64,000 nt of DNA, taken from contig OY970340.1 in the NCBI GenBank assembly GCA_963717465.1, positions 2,304,001-2,368,000 of the forward strand, in the 5' to 3' direction. This document shows positions 41,531 through 52,582 of the stretch, piece after piece. This DNA is from Candidatus Bathyarchaeota archaeon. GTDB lineage: Archaea > Thermoproteota > Bathyarchaeia > Bathyarchaeales > Bathycorpusculaceae. The notes under the pieces were generated by a model. That model was not told the origin of the DNA and did not search any database. It was given only the letters and a program-made list of their open reading frames with translations. A program made the position numbers and the translations under genes. Each line of letters begins with the position of its first letter. Position 1 is the first letter of the stretch.

Positions 41531-42877
41531 TTAATTCTCCGATATGGGAAGCAGTATTGTGAATTTGGTTCCTTTTCCAACTTCACTCTCGAAAGTAATA
41601 CTTCCATTTAACGATTCAACTAGGCGTTTTGCGACAGCTAACCCGAATCCGTGTCCCTTAGCTTTAGTTGTTTTTAATGGTTTGAAAATGTGTGGCTTAA
41701 TCTCCTCGGGAATTCCTTTACCGGTATCACTGACAAAAATTTGGATGGCTCTCTCTATTCTTGAACATGATAGCTCCAGTTTGCCGCCTTCAGGCATAGC
41801 CTGCACTGCATTATTGATTAAGTTAGTTAAGACTCGCCTGATAAAGGTGCTGTCAGTCCTGAATACAGCGTTTTCTTCGATGGATTTTGAAAGTTCAATG
41901 TTTTCGGGAATTGGAATAGTCAGGAGAATGTCTTTTATTAGTTCTGCTAATCGAACTTCGTTGTATTCAGGAGTTAAGGGTCTTGAATATTCCTGCATGT
42001 CGGATACTATTTTGCTTATATAATCGATTTGTTTTTGAACTGTATCTATCATTGTCATTGCTTCATTTTTTTCGTCGTTTGATAATAAGGCATCGTTAGC
42101 AAGTTCTTTAGCAATGAATAATTCATTAATAATGGCTTGCAAAGGATTTCGTATGTCATGTCCTATCATTCCAGCGGTTTCTCCGAGAGCAGCTAAACGT
42201 TCAGAGCTTTCTAATCGCTTAGCCTCATCTTTCAAAGCGCTCTCTAACTCAAAATTGACCTGTTGCAGATCTTTTCTGTGCTGCTGAAGAAGTGTAATAG
42301 ATTTCATTGTGTGACCATAAATTTGAGTGTAGACTATAACTACAAACGCTGCAAGTGCACTTATTAAAACCAAAATGTAAATGGTAAAAGCGTTGAGCAA
42401 TGCAGTAGATTCATTATTAATCATTAAAGACAAATTTGAAGAATCAGTTTCTATTTGCCGGATCTCTGGAGATATTTGGTTCCAAAAAATGTTAATCAAA
42501 GTCTGATTATCTGAATTTAATACCAAGTAACCTCGGGTAGTCATATTTTGTTTCAATTCAATCAAAGAGTTTAATGTTTGTCGAACAAGCAATCCTTCGG
42601 TTGAAGAGTAGATACTTATCAGGGACAAGTTACCGTATATTGCGTCATACGAAGAATTCCATTGTGAAATAGCACCAGTCTGTGAATCAATTAGAAAAAC
42701 GTCTGAATAATAATTTAAATCATCCATTCTCTTTGTTACATTATTCATTAATGTTCTCTGTGAGTCGAAATTATTGTACTCTTGCTCAGAAGAAATCGCT
42801 AAAATTGCGGTAGGAACTATGAGGAACAAGAAAGTGACTGCAATTATTAGAAACCGTTTCTTTGTTTCCAGAAGCAC
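41531..42877 (-). CDS. Membrane sensor histidine kinase
   Basis: Two TM helices around an extracellular domain; GHDIRNPL, NLINNA, DTGKGI and GHGFGL boxes. Confidence 0.93.
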   Translation of the reverse strand: MLLETKKRFLIIAVTFLFLIVPTAILAISSEQEYNNFDSQRTLMNNVTKRMDDLNYYSDVFLIDSQTGAISQWNSSYDAIYGNLSLISIYSSTEGLLVRQTLNSLIELKQNMTTRGYLVLNSDNQTLINIFWNQISPEIRQIETDSSNLSLMINNESTALLNAFTIYILVLISALAAFVVIVYTQIYGHTMKSITLLQQHRKDLQQVNFELESALKDEAKRLESSERLAALGETAGMIGHDIRNPLQAIINELFIAKELANDALLSNDEKNEAMTMIDTVQKQIDYISKIVSDMQEYSRPLTPEYNEVRLAELIKDILLTIPIPENIELSKSIEENAVFRTDSTFIRRVLTNLINNAVQAMPEGGKLELSCSRIERAIQIFVSDTGKGIPEEIKPHIFKPLKTTKAKGHGFGLAVAKRLVESLNGSITFESEVGKGTKFTILLPISEN

Positions 42878-43066
42878 GATCTCCCTTTAGTAAAAAATAT
42901 TGTTAATAATACGAGAAATTCTTCCAATTATTAATCAGTAAAATTAATTACTTAAACATAATGGATGACAAATGGTTCACAAATTGCATATGGCAACCGT
43001 GGGCTTTCTTTATTGAAAGTTTTTGAAAAAATGTAGATCCAAGAAGCACTTGGCTAATTTATAAGC

Positions 43067-43852
43067 TTAGACAAATCCTTCTTTCCAAAGACTGTTAAAG
43101 TAGAATTCACATAAATTTATAATGTTTTTGTTGGATGACCAAAATGCTGCTGAATCAAAATTTTCTGCTGGCGTAGTGTTAATTACAACTTCTTCGCTAT
43201 CAAATATTCCCATTGCAGTAATAGGAGTTTCTTTAACAAACCTTACCTGGTAATTCTCATAAGGACTTACATGTTTTCTGATTTCGTTTCTTAATTTTTC
43301 ATTAGAAGGATAACAAATTATAACCTTACAATCAACATTCCTTGATAATGCATCATTTAGAATTGCGTTATACTCGTCAGGTGGCAAAACCACCTTCTCG
43401 GTCGCAATAATGGAACGAATGGTTTTTTTGACATTCTTAAGAATCTTTTTGCTTCTAATGTAAAATGTTTCTTTAGGAATAATGCTGATTGTGAATTCGT
43501 CAGGGTCTTTCCTTTTTTCAGAGGCTCTTTCGCCTACTTGTTGAATAAGAAGTGGGATTCTTTTTTTGATTTCAGCGAGATCCTTCATTTTATTTTGCAT
43601 TAAAATCGATGTGGATGCCTCTAACGGGGTTGCTTGATATTTAGTTGGCTTGCCAATAATTCTCTCTACAAGTTGAAGCTCTTCAAGCTGCGCAATTATC
43701 CGATAAACGTCCGGTCTTGAGACCCTAGAAAGAGCTGAGATTGTTTTTGCCGTTACAAAATTTTGGGTTAAGAGTGCTAAGTATACTTTAGCTTGTAAAG
43801 CAGTTAAACCAAGATCTACCAATACAGATGAAGGCTCATAATCATTGACCAT
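43067..43852 (-). CDS. TrmB-family transcriptional regulator
   Basis: LGLTALQAKVYLALL..SRVSRPDVYR..L...LVE...KP.KY; C-terminal effector domain. Confidence 0.9.
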   Translation of the reverse strand: MVNDYEPSSVLVDLGLTALQAKVYLALLTQNFVTAKTISALSRVSRPDVYRIIAQLEELQLVERIIGKPTKYQATPLEASTSILMQNKMKDLAEIKKRIPLLIQQVGERASEKRKDPDEFTISIIPKETFYIRSKKILKNVKKTIRSIIATEKVVLPPDEYNAILNDALSRNVDCKVIICYPSNEKLRNEIRKHVSPYENYQVRFVKETPITAMGIFDSEEVVINTTPAENFDSAAFWSSNKNIINLCEFYFNSLWKEGFV

Positions 43853-44082
43853 AGCGCTTGCCTGCTACAAGCTGATGAACATTTGAGTGATTATAAATAT
43901 TTTTCCTAAAAATAAGGAATGCAAGAGCTTTTAATTAATGCAAAAATGATGCAAAATTCGTTTAGAATCATAACGTGCCATGTGTCATAATTAAGCCATA
44001 ATACTTGCAAAGAGAAATTGAAAACTGAAATAAATAAACTAATTAGCGTGACACACAGTAATAGCGTACTTTCACTTTTTTT

Positions 44083-44334
44083 GGGTTGGGGTTAAGGGGA
44101 CTATTATGGAAAGGGGACATGTTTTTCCATCAAATGTCAGTATTGTTCTATTCAAGACATAGAATGAAAATAGTCTTTCCCTCCCCAATCTATGCAGGCT
44201 TAATTTTTTTCAGGTTGGGATTTAGGGAACTATTGCGGGTATGAACTTGAACCCGTCTCGAATACCCACAAGATTCGAGACTTAAAAGATGATAGTCTTT
44301 CTACGAAAGATGATAGTCTTTCCCTTCCCAAACC
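44083..44334. other. Two tandem non-coding elements with conserved complementary ends and internal hairpins (candidate structured RNA or miniature mobile element)
   Basis: Unit 1 spans 44083-44190 and unit 2 spans 44213-44334. Both start GGTTGGG..T.AGGG.ACTATT and end ATAGTCTTTCCCT.CCCAA.C. Confidence 0.6.
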
Positions 44335-44506
44335 GTTCAAACTTAGTCTACTCAATATTGAGTAACTAATCAAGCCATCCTCCACTGTCCTCAGAAAATA
44401 AAGCAAGCAGTATTTTACTCCTTGTATGGGGAAGATACACTTACAACTCGCTCTAATTCATTCGAAGCACTTATAGCTGTGAGCTATATTTACCCCTTCT
44501 TTACGG

Positions 44507-45082
44507 TTAATTCTCGACGAAGTTCTGTAGATTCCTATTTAAATCTAAAGCTACTTCTTCGGTAGAGTTATTTGAGTTTATAATAATCCACTTGTCGTAG
44601 CGTGTTAGCGAAAGAGCTTTAGTCCTAACCTTTTTTAAGGATTCTAAACTCTCGAACATTTCAGTTTTTTCTCGGTTTTCATTTATACGAACTGCTGCTA
44701 TTTCAGGGTAAACATCCAAAAAGAACAGGTTTTTTGACTTTGGTACTAATGAAGAAAAGAAATTGTATGCAATTAAGTGCAACGGTGATGGTAAGTAAGC
44801 GGTTCCCATTAGGTATCTAACAAAGATTATGAAATCCAGTCGTCGCCACGAATAAAGAAGAATTGATCGTACCACATCTATCATGTAGAATAGAGCTGAA
44901 GCGAAATGAGCGCTTTTGCCTTGTGAGTACAAATAAAAGCGTGCTTTAATGCCAAACCAATTATCAGTTTCTGGATGAATACGTAAACAAGCTGTCTTAT
45001 TTTTTTCTTTTAACGATTTTAGCAAAAGCTGAGATTGCGTGCTTTTGCCTGACCCATCCAAGCCGTCAATAATTATTAACAC
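44507..45082 (-). CDS. Thymidylate-kinase-like P-loop kinase
   Basis: IIIDGLDGSGKSTQ P-loop, FFLDV.PE.A..RI..R. Has VRY where the canonical motif is DRY. Confidence 0.8.
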   Translation of the reverse strand: MLIIIDGLDGSGKSTQSQLLLKSLKEKNKTACLRIHPETDNWFGIKARFYLYSQGKSAHFASALFYMIDVVRSILLYSWRRLDFIIFVRYLMGTAYLPSPLHLIAYNFFSSLVPKSKNLFFLDVYPEIAAVRINENREKTEMFESLESLKKVRTKALSLTRYDKWIIINSNNSTEEVALDLNRNLQNFVEN

Positions 45083-45085
45083 TGG

Positions 45086-45805
45086 CTAAAGTCCCCCTAA
45101 CACAAGCAGAAATACTACAACGCTGAAAAAGGGCACGGTTAAATTGTCAAGTCCACTAGGGCTTAGCGCTTCGCAAACTGTTGCTACTGCAGCCACTGCC
45201 AAAGAAGCAAGCACTAAGTTATGTATTGATGTTGGATAGAGATATGAGAAAAACAGTAAACTGGCAAGCAGAGCTAAAAAGCACATAGTAAACATTGCAA
45301 TTGACCCCTCAAGACTCTTTTTAGCGAAGATGCTGTATTGATGCCGCCCTATTTTTTGTCCAACTAAAGAAGCTGCAGCATCGCCGTAGGCCATTGGTAA
45401 AATACCAGCAGCGATTACATATGGTTGTGCTGAAAATAGCAAGGCTAACGCAGTATAAGAAATTGCGTATAGAACCAGCCCAAATTCATGCCCTTCACTT
45501 GTAACGTCAGTTAACCCAGGCATCTTTTTGCTCAGGCTCTTAATGGGGGATATTTTTGAGACCAAAAGGGTCAAAACTATAAATGGGGCAGCAACAAAAA
45601 AAGGAAAGTTAATTGGGAACACCTTGTACGAGAAGAATGGAATTATAAAGCATAAATTTCCTATCATTATGTGCAAAAACTTGCGGGAAAAACTCTTAGA
45701 TACATGGCTATTAATAATGCCAGTTAACGAGATTATGCCTATCACATAAAGATAACATGCAATGAGTAAGGCTAAATTAATTATTATTCCAGGAACGTCA
45801 GTCAT
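45086..45805 (-). CDS. CTP-dependent polyprenol/phytol/dolichol kinase family protein
   Basis: SRKFLHI, GDAAASLVG, KKSLEGS and GLDNLTVP motifs. Confidence 0.9.
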   Translation of the reverse strand: MTDVPGIIINLALLIACYLYVIGIISLTGIINSHVSKSFSRKFLHIMIGNLCFIIPFFSYKVFPINFPFFVAAPFIVLTLLVSKISPIKSLSKKMPGLTDVTSEGHEFGLVLYAISYTALALLFSAQPYVIAAGILPMAYGDAAASLVGQKIGRHQYSIFAKKSLEGSIAMFTMCFLALLASLLFFSYLYPTSIHNLVLASLAVAAVATVCEALSPSGLDNLTVPFFSVVVFLLVLGGL

Positions 45806-46375
45806 ATTAAGCCTCAACATTCCATGTATAAATAAAGCCAAACGAAAAATAGCCTCGAATAAAAGTTGACGCTTTGCTCCTGTTTACAAGAGTGTTTACT
45901 GATTCAACTAACAACTTGTCTCCCCCACCAATATCCCCACCAAAAATAATTGCATGACACAGTTTTATGTTTTTTGAATATACGGGTTTTCTAATTGTTT
46001 ATTATCCTCTGTCAAGCATCAATAGCAATGAAAAGAGTTGCCATAAAAGGTTGAACCTGGCAATTTATGGGGTTTAATATAACAATGACTGCTACCGATA
46101 GCACTATCAACATACAGTTTACTGCTTAGCTCTATCAACTCCGGAACCATTAACGGAGTTTCCGGGAACGTTTCCCAAAAAGTTCTACAGCACTCAACGT
46201 TCGTATTCTAAGCTTTAACTTAAGCGATGCTTTCAAAACTGCAACCATAATATTCGCCAAATTCTCTTCCCTCACGTCATAAATCCTATGGCATTGCGAT
46301 AAATTTTCAAGCATGGATGTTGATACTAAAGCACTCATACAACTTTTAATATTGTTTTAGAAAAGCAATAATTAA

Positions 46376-47059
46376 TCAATTCTTTTGTGTTTCTACAAAC
46401 TTGTAATCGATATTTTTTTCCCAAAATTTTTTGAAGGAAGCTCTATATTTGGGTAGTCTTGCTCTGCCTCGCCAGGTTGATTTATCAGCGAATCTTTTAA
46501 TTTCCTTCGAAGGCGTAAAGTATGCGATTGCATTATCGACGCTTAGTACAAATGGAGGATGCCCATAGTACATGCTGACCCAGTTAGAAATCAAGTTGCC
46601 TGTTCTGTGATTGCCCTCAATGAATAATTGGGGAAAACCAAGCACTGAAACATAAATTTCGGCAGCTACCCTTAAGGGATGCGGCTCGCCTTTCATGTGT
46701 CTTCGGTACCATTTTTCAATTGGAACTATACACTCGTTGAATTTTTCCGAATTAGCGACAATTGCCTTGTTGTATTCAAGTCTTAACGACAAATCTAACC
46801 CATAAAGCACAATGTTATTAAGTTCAAGAATTTCTGAAATGCCATCGGTTGAGAATGGTTCAATTTCATTCCTGAGGAGTTTATCGAGATACTTATAGGA
46901 ATCCATCATTCGACTTCTAATAACGGGGTCAAAAGTATCGCGTCTCCCAAGCTTTTTAAAGTCAAGCTCATTATCGACTTTTTTCCAATTCCTTTGTACT
47001 TCAAGAAGGGACAATTCTACATTTTTAAGGTTAAACTTGAGAATTTTCCCTTTATCCAA
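46376..47059 (-). CDS. Fic/DOC-like protein with degenerate active-site motif
   Basis: PQLFIEGNHRTG versus canonical HPFxxGNGRxxR. Start uncertain (frame open to 47128). Confidence 0.65.
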   Translation of the reverse strand: MDKGKILKFNLKNVELSLLEVQRNWKKVDNELDFKKLGRRDTFDPVIRSRMMDSYKYLDKLLRNEIEPFSTDGISEILELNNIVLYGLDLSLRLEYNKAIVANSEKFNECIVPIEKWYRRHMKGEPHPLRVAAEIYVSVLGFPQLFIEGNHRTGNLISNWVSMYYGHPPFVLSVDNAIAYFTPSKEIKRFADKSTWRGRARLPKYRASFKKFWEKNIDYKFVETQKN

Positions 47060-47192
47060 TACTATTCCTTTGAAAACTACTTTTGCAGATACTTTCATAT
47101 TTAAGTGCTTAGTTAGCTCAATAATCAAACAAAGAAGTAAACACGTTGTTTAATAAATTGCAAGCAACCAGTTTATGGTCTGTTAACTCTAA

Positions 47193-47645
47193 TTATTCCT
47201 TAGAATTCTTACGCATTGAGCCAAAATACAAACCTATCAGACTTGAGACTAACATTATGGCAACAATTGCTGTTACACCAAATGCTGAGTAAGCCGCCCA
47301 ATCGTAATTTGTCCACCCATTTGCGTTGAATAAGCTATTTAGCGAGTCTTTGAACCAAGGGCTTTCGAACGGATTAGAAATCCAAATTGCAGTAAAAAAT
47401 AGCGATGCAACCATAGATAAAACAAGAATGCTACCAATAGCTTTACTTCTCGACTCTTCCTGAATTTTTAGAGCAAACACGTAACCAACAATCAATGATG
47501 CAATCAAGAATGCTGCAAAAGTGGAAAGCAAATCGCTTATCATGTTGGCATTCAATGGAATGAACGCGACTAACAATACACTGCGAAGCAGCAGACTAAT
47601 CAGAACTAAGGAAGCTGCTGCTATTATCACATCATTTAACTTCAA
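47193..47645 (-). CDS. Four-TM membrane protein
   Basis: Four hydrophobic segments. Confidence 0.7.
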   Translation of the reverse strand: MKLNDVIIAAASLVLISLLLRSVLLVAFIPLNANMISDLLSTFAAFLIASLIVGYVFALKIQEESRSKAIGSILVLSMVASLFFTAIWISNPFESPWFKDSLNSLFNANGWTNYDWAAYSAFGVTAIVAIMLVSSLIGLYFGSMRKNSKE

Positions 47646-48021
47646 TCAACATCTCATCCGTTAAATCTAAAGAGCAAAGTTTTTTCTGCTTTTTAACCTT
47701 AAATAACTTGTGCCCATATCTATTTCTAAGCTGAATGAAGTACATCAGCTATTGCTTATACACGGGATCAACAACATATGTACCAGGTCTCTTTGTTTCG
47801 CAGGCATAGACAGCATTGGCAACTCCCTGGTAAACTATATATTGCATCCATCGTCAGTGGTGTCTTTCTTCAAGATTGGTGAAACCATTTCTGGAAGTAC
47901 AGCAACTCTACGTATACTTTGCTTTATACTGAGCCATTCTCGAATGTCTTGCTTACAGAAGTTGGGATAGCAATAATTTATATTGCAGTTTTTTCGCTAA
48001 TCTCATGGCATTCTTTCAAAC

Positions 48022-48801
48022 GTGCGCAGGTGGCTGAGTAAGATGGTTGAACAAAAGACATTGAAAGGTGAAGTTATAAGTGAACAAAAAAACGGTTGCA
48101 TAGTGGTAAGTAATGTTTCAAGGAATTTTGGGCAAGTCATGGCTCTGAAAGGTCTTAGTTTTACGATACCATGGGGAGAAAAGTTTACGTTACTCGGCCC
48201 CAACGGAGCTGGTAAATCCACTACCTTAAAGCTTCTAGTCGGGCTTCTGAAACCTGATTCGGGTGAAATAAGAATAGGTGGAGCAGATCCAGGTAGCAAA
48301 GAAGCAAGGTCGATTGTTGGATACTTGCCAGAGGATGCGTCACCTTACCGTACGCTTTCGGTCCGAGAAAACCTCGAATACATCGGTGCCCTTAGAGAAG
48401 TCGGAAACGTAAGGGAGGCAACGGATGTTATGCTAGACCTTCTTGAACTACGGGAGTACGAGAAGGCGAAGGTTGGCAGGCTTTCAAGGGGCAACATGCA
48501 AAAGTTATCATTAGCATTGACTCTTATTCATAAGCCTAAAGTGCTTCTTCTCGATGAACCCTTGAACTATTTAGACATACCAACCCAGGAGAAGGTTATA
48601 GCTTTCCTCAATTCGTTGAATGCGACTCATTTGGTTTCAACTCACATAATGTCCATAGCAAGCAGGCTTACCAAGAACGTAATCATGCTCTCAAGGGGAG
48701 CTGTTCTCTGGGAGGGAAGCATAGATGCACTTAAAAAGTTAGGAAAAGAGGAGGAACCGATAGAAAGCGTGGTAGCGAGGATGATGATGGGTGCTCGGTA
48801 A
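48022..48801 (+). CDS. ABC transporter ATP-binding protein
   Basis: [23 protein letters not shown] and STH motifs. Confidence 0.93.
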   Translation: MRRWLSKMVEQKTLKGEVISEQKNGCIVVSNVSRNFGQVMALKGLSFTIPWGEKFTLLGPNGAGKSTTLKLLVGLLKPDSGEIRIGGADPGSKEARSIVGYLPEDASPYRTLSVRENLEYIGALREVGNVREATDVMLDLLELREYEKAKVGRLSRGNMQKLSLALTLIHKPKVLLLDEPLNYLDIPTQEKVIAFLNSLNATHLVSTHIMSIASRLTKNVIMLSRGAVLWEGSIDALKKLGKEEEPIESVVARMMMGAR

Positions 48802-50200
48802 ACTCATCAAGTTCATTATTCTAACCAGGTTTTCTAAGCCGCTCCTTGTAGTGATGGCGTTCCTGCTGATTTATTATATATCGTTAGGTAGCTTTTCAGC
48901 GACAGGCATTTCCCCCGTAATTCAGTACATTGGAGCAGGCATCATAACGTTCATGCTTGTCCTTATGACCCTGGCCGGGGGAATGGTAGTCATGAAGTCC
49001 GATAGGGATTTTCTTTTCACTTTACCGCTGGACAAGAGAGAACTCGCTCTAAGCCTCTATATCGCGCAATTCGTAGCCTCAGGGATTATGATCTTTGTGG
49101 TTTTCGGATTCTTTATCTCAGCTATGGTGATAGGGAGCGGAGTTAGCTTTTTTCTGTTGCCCATTGACCTTATTGCATTCGCATTATCGGTAACATCGCT
49201 TAGTATAATCTCCAATGTCCTTGAGACAAAATTAAGAGTTCTGCTCGGAGTGCTTCTTGCTTTATGGGCGCTATCAGCATTATTGGGATTTCCTTTCTCA
49301 CCTGCCGCCATATTCGCGGGGAATGTTATCTACGGTTCGGCTGCAATGCTTGTTTTGACACTTTCAACTACGGTTATAGCGTTTAGAGAACTGGAGAATG
49401 TTGAGTTGGGAACGATGCGCAGCCTGATTAGGGCCACTTCTTCTGAAGTGAAGAAAAATAAGACCTTCGGTGGTATGAGCCCTATCAGGGCGATATTCTC
49501 CCTGAACTTCTATAATTTCGAGTTTTCAGGAAGGGTGGGTGGCGGCATGAGTGGAACCTCAAGATACCAAAGCGGCAGCGTAAAAATAAAGCTAATCCTG
49601 CCTGTTACATGTGCATTAGCAGCGGTTTACGGCTATCTTGCCCTTATATCATCTTCCACAGATAATTTTGGTATCACTTTCTTACTGCCTTTTTTCATAA
49701 CTTATTTTGCTTTCTTTGTCGCCCAGGGCGGAATGACGAATGAAAGAGCGTGGCTCGCTTTTACCTCCATGGAACCTTCAACATACTTTCGAAATGTTAC
49801 AACAGCTAAGGCTTTATCGTTTGCAGCAATAATTTCGCCTTTTGCGATTGCCAACATAATCCTTGCTTTTCTTGGAGCAGGAGGTGCCATCGCTCCAATT
49901 ATTCCACTTATTATCACTATACCCTGTTCTACGGTGATTCTTTTCTATTGGTCATCTAGAGTTTACCCTGTCCAAATTAAAGAGGAAGCGCCTATGATGC
50001 CCGCACAGTTCAATCTGAGACAAATGACCACTATCGTTCCAACCATAATTATCATGATTGCTGTCATAATATCAGCCCTATTCCTCCTTGCAGGAGCAAT
50101 AGTGGCTGCTGTTACAATGGGGTTGACGCTGTACCTCCTCTACAATCGCCATGCGTGGGACACATTAGTGGAGAAGCTCACCGAAAATGGATTCATCTAG
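48791..50200 (+). CDS. ABC exporter permease (multi-TM)
   Basis: Overlaps the ATPase stop; many TM segments; [10 protein letters not shown]. Confidence 0.8.
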   Translation: MLGKLIKFIILTRFSKPLLVVMAFLLIYYISLGSFSATGISPVIQYIGAGIITFMLVLMTLAGGMVVMKSDRDFLFTLPLDKRELALSLYIAQFVASGIMIFVVFGFFISAMVIGSGVSFFLLPIDLIAFALSVTSLSIISNVLETKLRVLLGVLLALWALSALLGFPFSPAAIFAGNVIYGSAAMLVLTLSTTVIAFRELENVELGTMRSLIRATSSEVKKNKTFGGMSPIRAIFSLNFYNFEFSGRVGGGMSGTSRYQSGSVKIKLILPVTCALAAVYGYLALISSSTDNFGITFLLPFFITYFAFFVAQGGMTNERAWLAFTSMEPSTYFRNVTTAKALSFAAIISPFAIANIILAFLGAGGAIAPIIPLIITIPCSTVILFYWSSRVYPVQIKEEAPMMPAQFNLRQMTTIVPTIIIMIAVIISALFLLAGAIVAAVTMGLTLYLLYNRHAWDTLVEKLTENGFI

Positions 50201-50494
50201 ATCTTTGCATTGGTTAGCATTTTTCTTTGTCTGAGTTCGTTGTTTGCATAGTCTTCAAATCTTGAGAAAACTTAGGAAGAAGGTATTATCATTTATGAAA
50301 GAAAATTATTGAGCCATAATCTCTTTTTTACATGAAAAGCCCGTTTAGATGCATTATTTGATTGAAAATGTTATTGCGATTTGGCAGGTGACAGGTTTCA
50401 TTAAGAGCCGGGCAGGCTTATGGAAAAGCAAGATTTTGATCTTTCAGAAACCTGAAAGATTTAATAAGTCAAAGTGCTGAGAAGAGTGAAAAAT

Positions 50495-51286
50495 ATGATA
50501 ATTGATTCGTTGCTACTTCATCTTGTTTTGGCGTTTCTTGTCGGAAGTATATGGGTTATTGCAATCACTATTATCGCTGAAAAGAAGGGAAGTTTGCTTG
50601 GTGGAATATTAGGCGGGCTTCCTTCAACGTCAGCTTTCTCTTTCTTGTTCATCGGGATTAACCAATCTTCAGCGGTCGCAGTTCAAGCAACAACTCTCTT
50701 TCCATTAGCTTTTAGCATAACAAGCGCATACCTGTTCTTCTACGCGTTTTTTGCCAAAAGAGAATTTGCTCTTGGAATTTCCATTTCTCTTTTCATATGG
50801 TTTGCAGCTTCAGCACTTGTGTTTGCATCTGGCCTCAACAGTTTTGCCCCATCTTTGGTCTTAGGAGTAGCCATATCCGTGGTTACATACTTTGCTTTCG
50901 CCCAAAAGCTGAAACTTAAAAATGAACAAGGAGAGGAACGGCTTTACAGATTTCACGAAGTTCTCATTCGAGGAATAGGAGCAGGGGCTTTAATCGTAAT
51001 TTCTGTCCTTTTAAGCCAATTTGCAGGCCCAGTGTTAGGAGGTATCGCGGCGGCATTTCCTGCTGTTTTTACCTCGACAATAGTCATATTAAACAATAGC
51101 AGAGGCACAGAATTTTCTCGCTCAATCACAAAGCCACTAGTAATTTCGGGCATTTTAACGATTATTCCATACTGCATATCAGTCAGATACTTATACCCAA
51201 TCTTAGGTATCTGGACAGGAACCTTAGCTTCCTATGCTCTTGTCACGCCACTAGCAACTCTATCTTATTATATTGCAAGAAAGTAA
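50495..51286 (+). CDS. Membrane protein with internal duplication (DUF3147-like)
   Basis: GSLLGGILGGLPST and GPVLGGIAAAFPAV repeated halves. Confidence 0.7.
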   Translation: MIIDSLLLHLVLAFLVGSIWVIAITIIAEKKGSLLGGILGGLPSTSAFSFLFIGINQSSAVAVQATTLFPLAFSITSAYLFFYAFFAKREFALGISISLFIWFAASALVFASGLNSFAPSLVLGVAISVVTYFAFAQKLKLKNEQGEERLYRFHEVLIRGIGAGALIVISVLLSQFAGPVLGGIAAAFPAVFTSTIVILNNSRGTEFSRSITKPLVISGILTIIPYCISVRYLYPILGIWTGTLASYALVTPLATLSYYIARK

Positions 51287-51483
51287 CAATCGATTATCTA
51301 ATTAAAAAGAACTGCGCGTTCATGTAAATTTAGATTTATATTGTGTGACAGAAAGTATCAATGCAAAAAAAATACTTAAATGAGCTAAATTAAATTTTTC
51401 TGAGTAAAATTAAATGATCGTAATTCAAGCATTAACTACCTGCTTGAAATGAAAGGAAGAGTTGAAATGGAAAATAGACTGAC

Positions 51484-51853
51484 TTGATAGAAGCTCAAGG
51501 AATTGAAAAAACCTATGCAGCGAAATCGGAATTATCAACGTTTGTTTTGGGCGGTATAGATTTAACGATAGAAAGGGGCTATCAGATTGCAATAACAGGC
51601 CCCAGTGGATCAGGCCGGTGCTCTAGCAATTTCTGCGCTTGGCGCTGTAATTGGAAGCGTAATAGGCTAGTTCACAGCCTTCTTATTGCAGAGAGTTGGT
51701 GGAGGATTCTTTGTATACGTTGATTTGTCTTCGTTTACTGTGTCAGCCGTTGAAACAAGCTTATTAGTGGTGGTTCTCGGGTTGCTTTTTGGGATATGTC
51801 CAGCTTATAGGGCTAGTAAACTTCAGCCAGTAGAAGCATTAAGGTATGAATAA
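51484..51853 (+). pseudogene. Internally deleted LolD/MacB-type ABC operon (ATPase N-terminus joined to permease C-terminus)
   Basis: IEAQGIEKTY..VLGGIDLTIERG..IAITGPSGSG runs directly into ALAISALGAVIGSVIG*...GICPAYRASKLQPVEALRYE*. Confidence 0.85.
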
Positions 51854-51891
51854 CCCGTGAAAATGCGTAGTTTGGTATTAGCTTGTAGGCT

Positions 51892-51996
51892 TTAACTGGT
51901 GCTGTTTTTGTAGACTTTGCAAATTTCTTCTGCTGTTTTTGGGGGGTAACCAGAATTTATTAGTAAACGTTTGAATGAACTGTCAGTCTTTTTCAT
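51892..51996 (-). CDS. 34-aa microprotein
   Basis: MKKTDSSFKRLLINSGYPPKTAEEICKVYKNSTS*, with AAGGTG SD and an upstream AAAAGTTTATTAAATA BRE/TATA-like motif. Confidence 0.5.
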   Translation of the reverse strand: MKKTDSSFKRLLINSGYPPKTAEEICKVYKNSTS

Positions 51997-52582
51997 CTAA
52001 TCAGCACCTTACATATATTCTGTATTAATATTTAATAAACTTTTATTCCGTTTTTCGATATATTTCTAACGGCGGAGTAATCATACATACCACTTGCGAG
52101 TCTTGCAGAGGTCTAAGAAATGAAGAATGATACATGCCCCCCACTTTATTCTCATTTTTAGGAAAATTATAATTTTATCATGATTAAAAGGTCAGGTAAA
52201 ATTTGAAGATAACCCGTGTTTAAAAAGTAATTGACCTAGTTGCATTGTAGTCTTTTTGAATGACTCCTTGTTCGTTTAGTCGATTCATCTGCCACGTTAA
52301 CCCTTGAGAGGTTATGGAAAGTTCAACAGCTAGTTTATTATGAGAAATAATCTTCTCGACGAACTAGTATCTTTAGAATTTCTCTCGTCGTCCCATGCCT
52401 CAGAAGCGAAATCAACTTCATTTCGTTTAGTGAAAATTTCTTGTTAGCAAAGAACCGCTTGTATTTACCATCACAAATAAAAGAGATTAAACCCGCTTTC
52501 TTAAGGACGCCTAAATGGAACTCTGCTGTTCCTATAGCGATGTCTAACCTTGCGCATCAAAAGTGATAGTTTCGCAAGTTCG

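Noticed and set aside
44106..44162. 18-codon ORF inside the first structured element
   Set aside because: No equivalent ORF in the second unit; the shared feature is base pairing, not coding.
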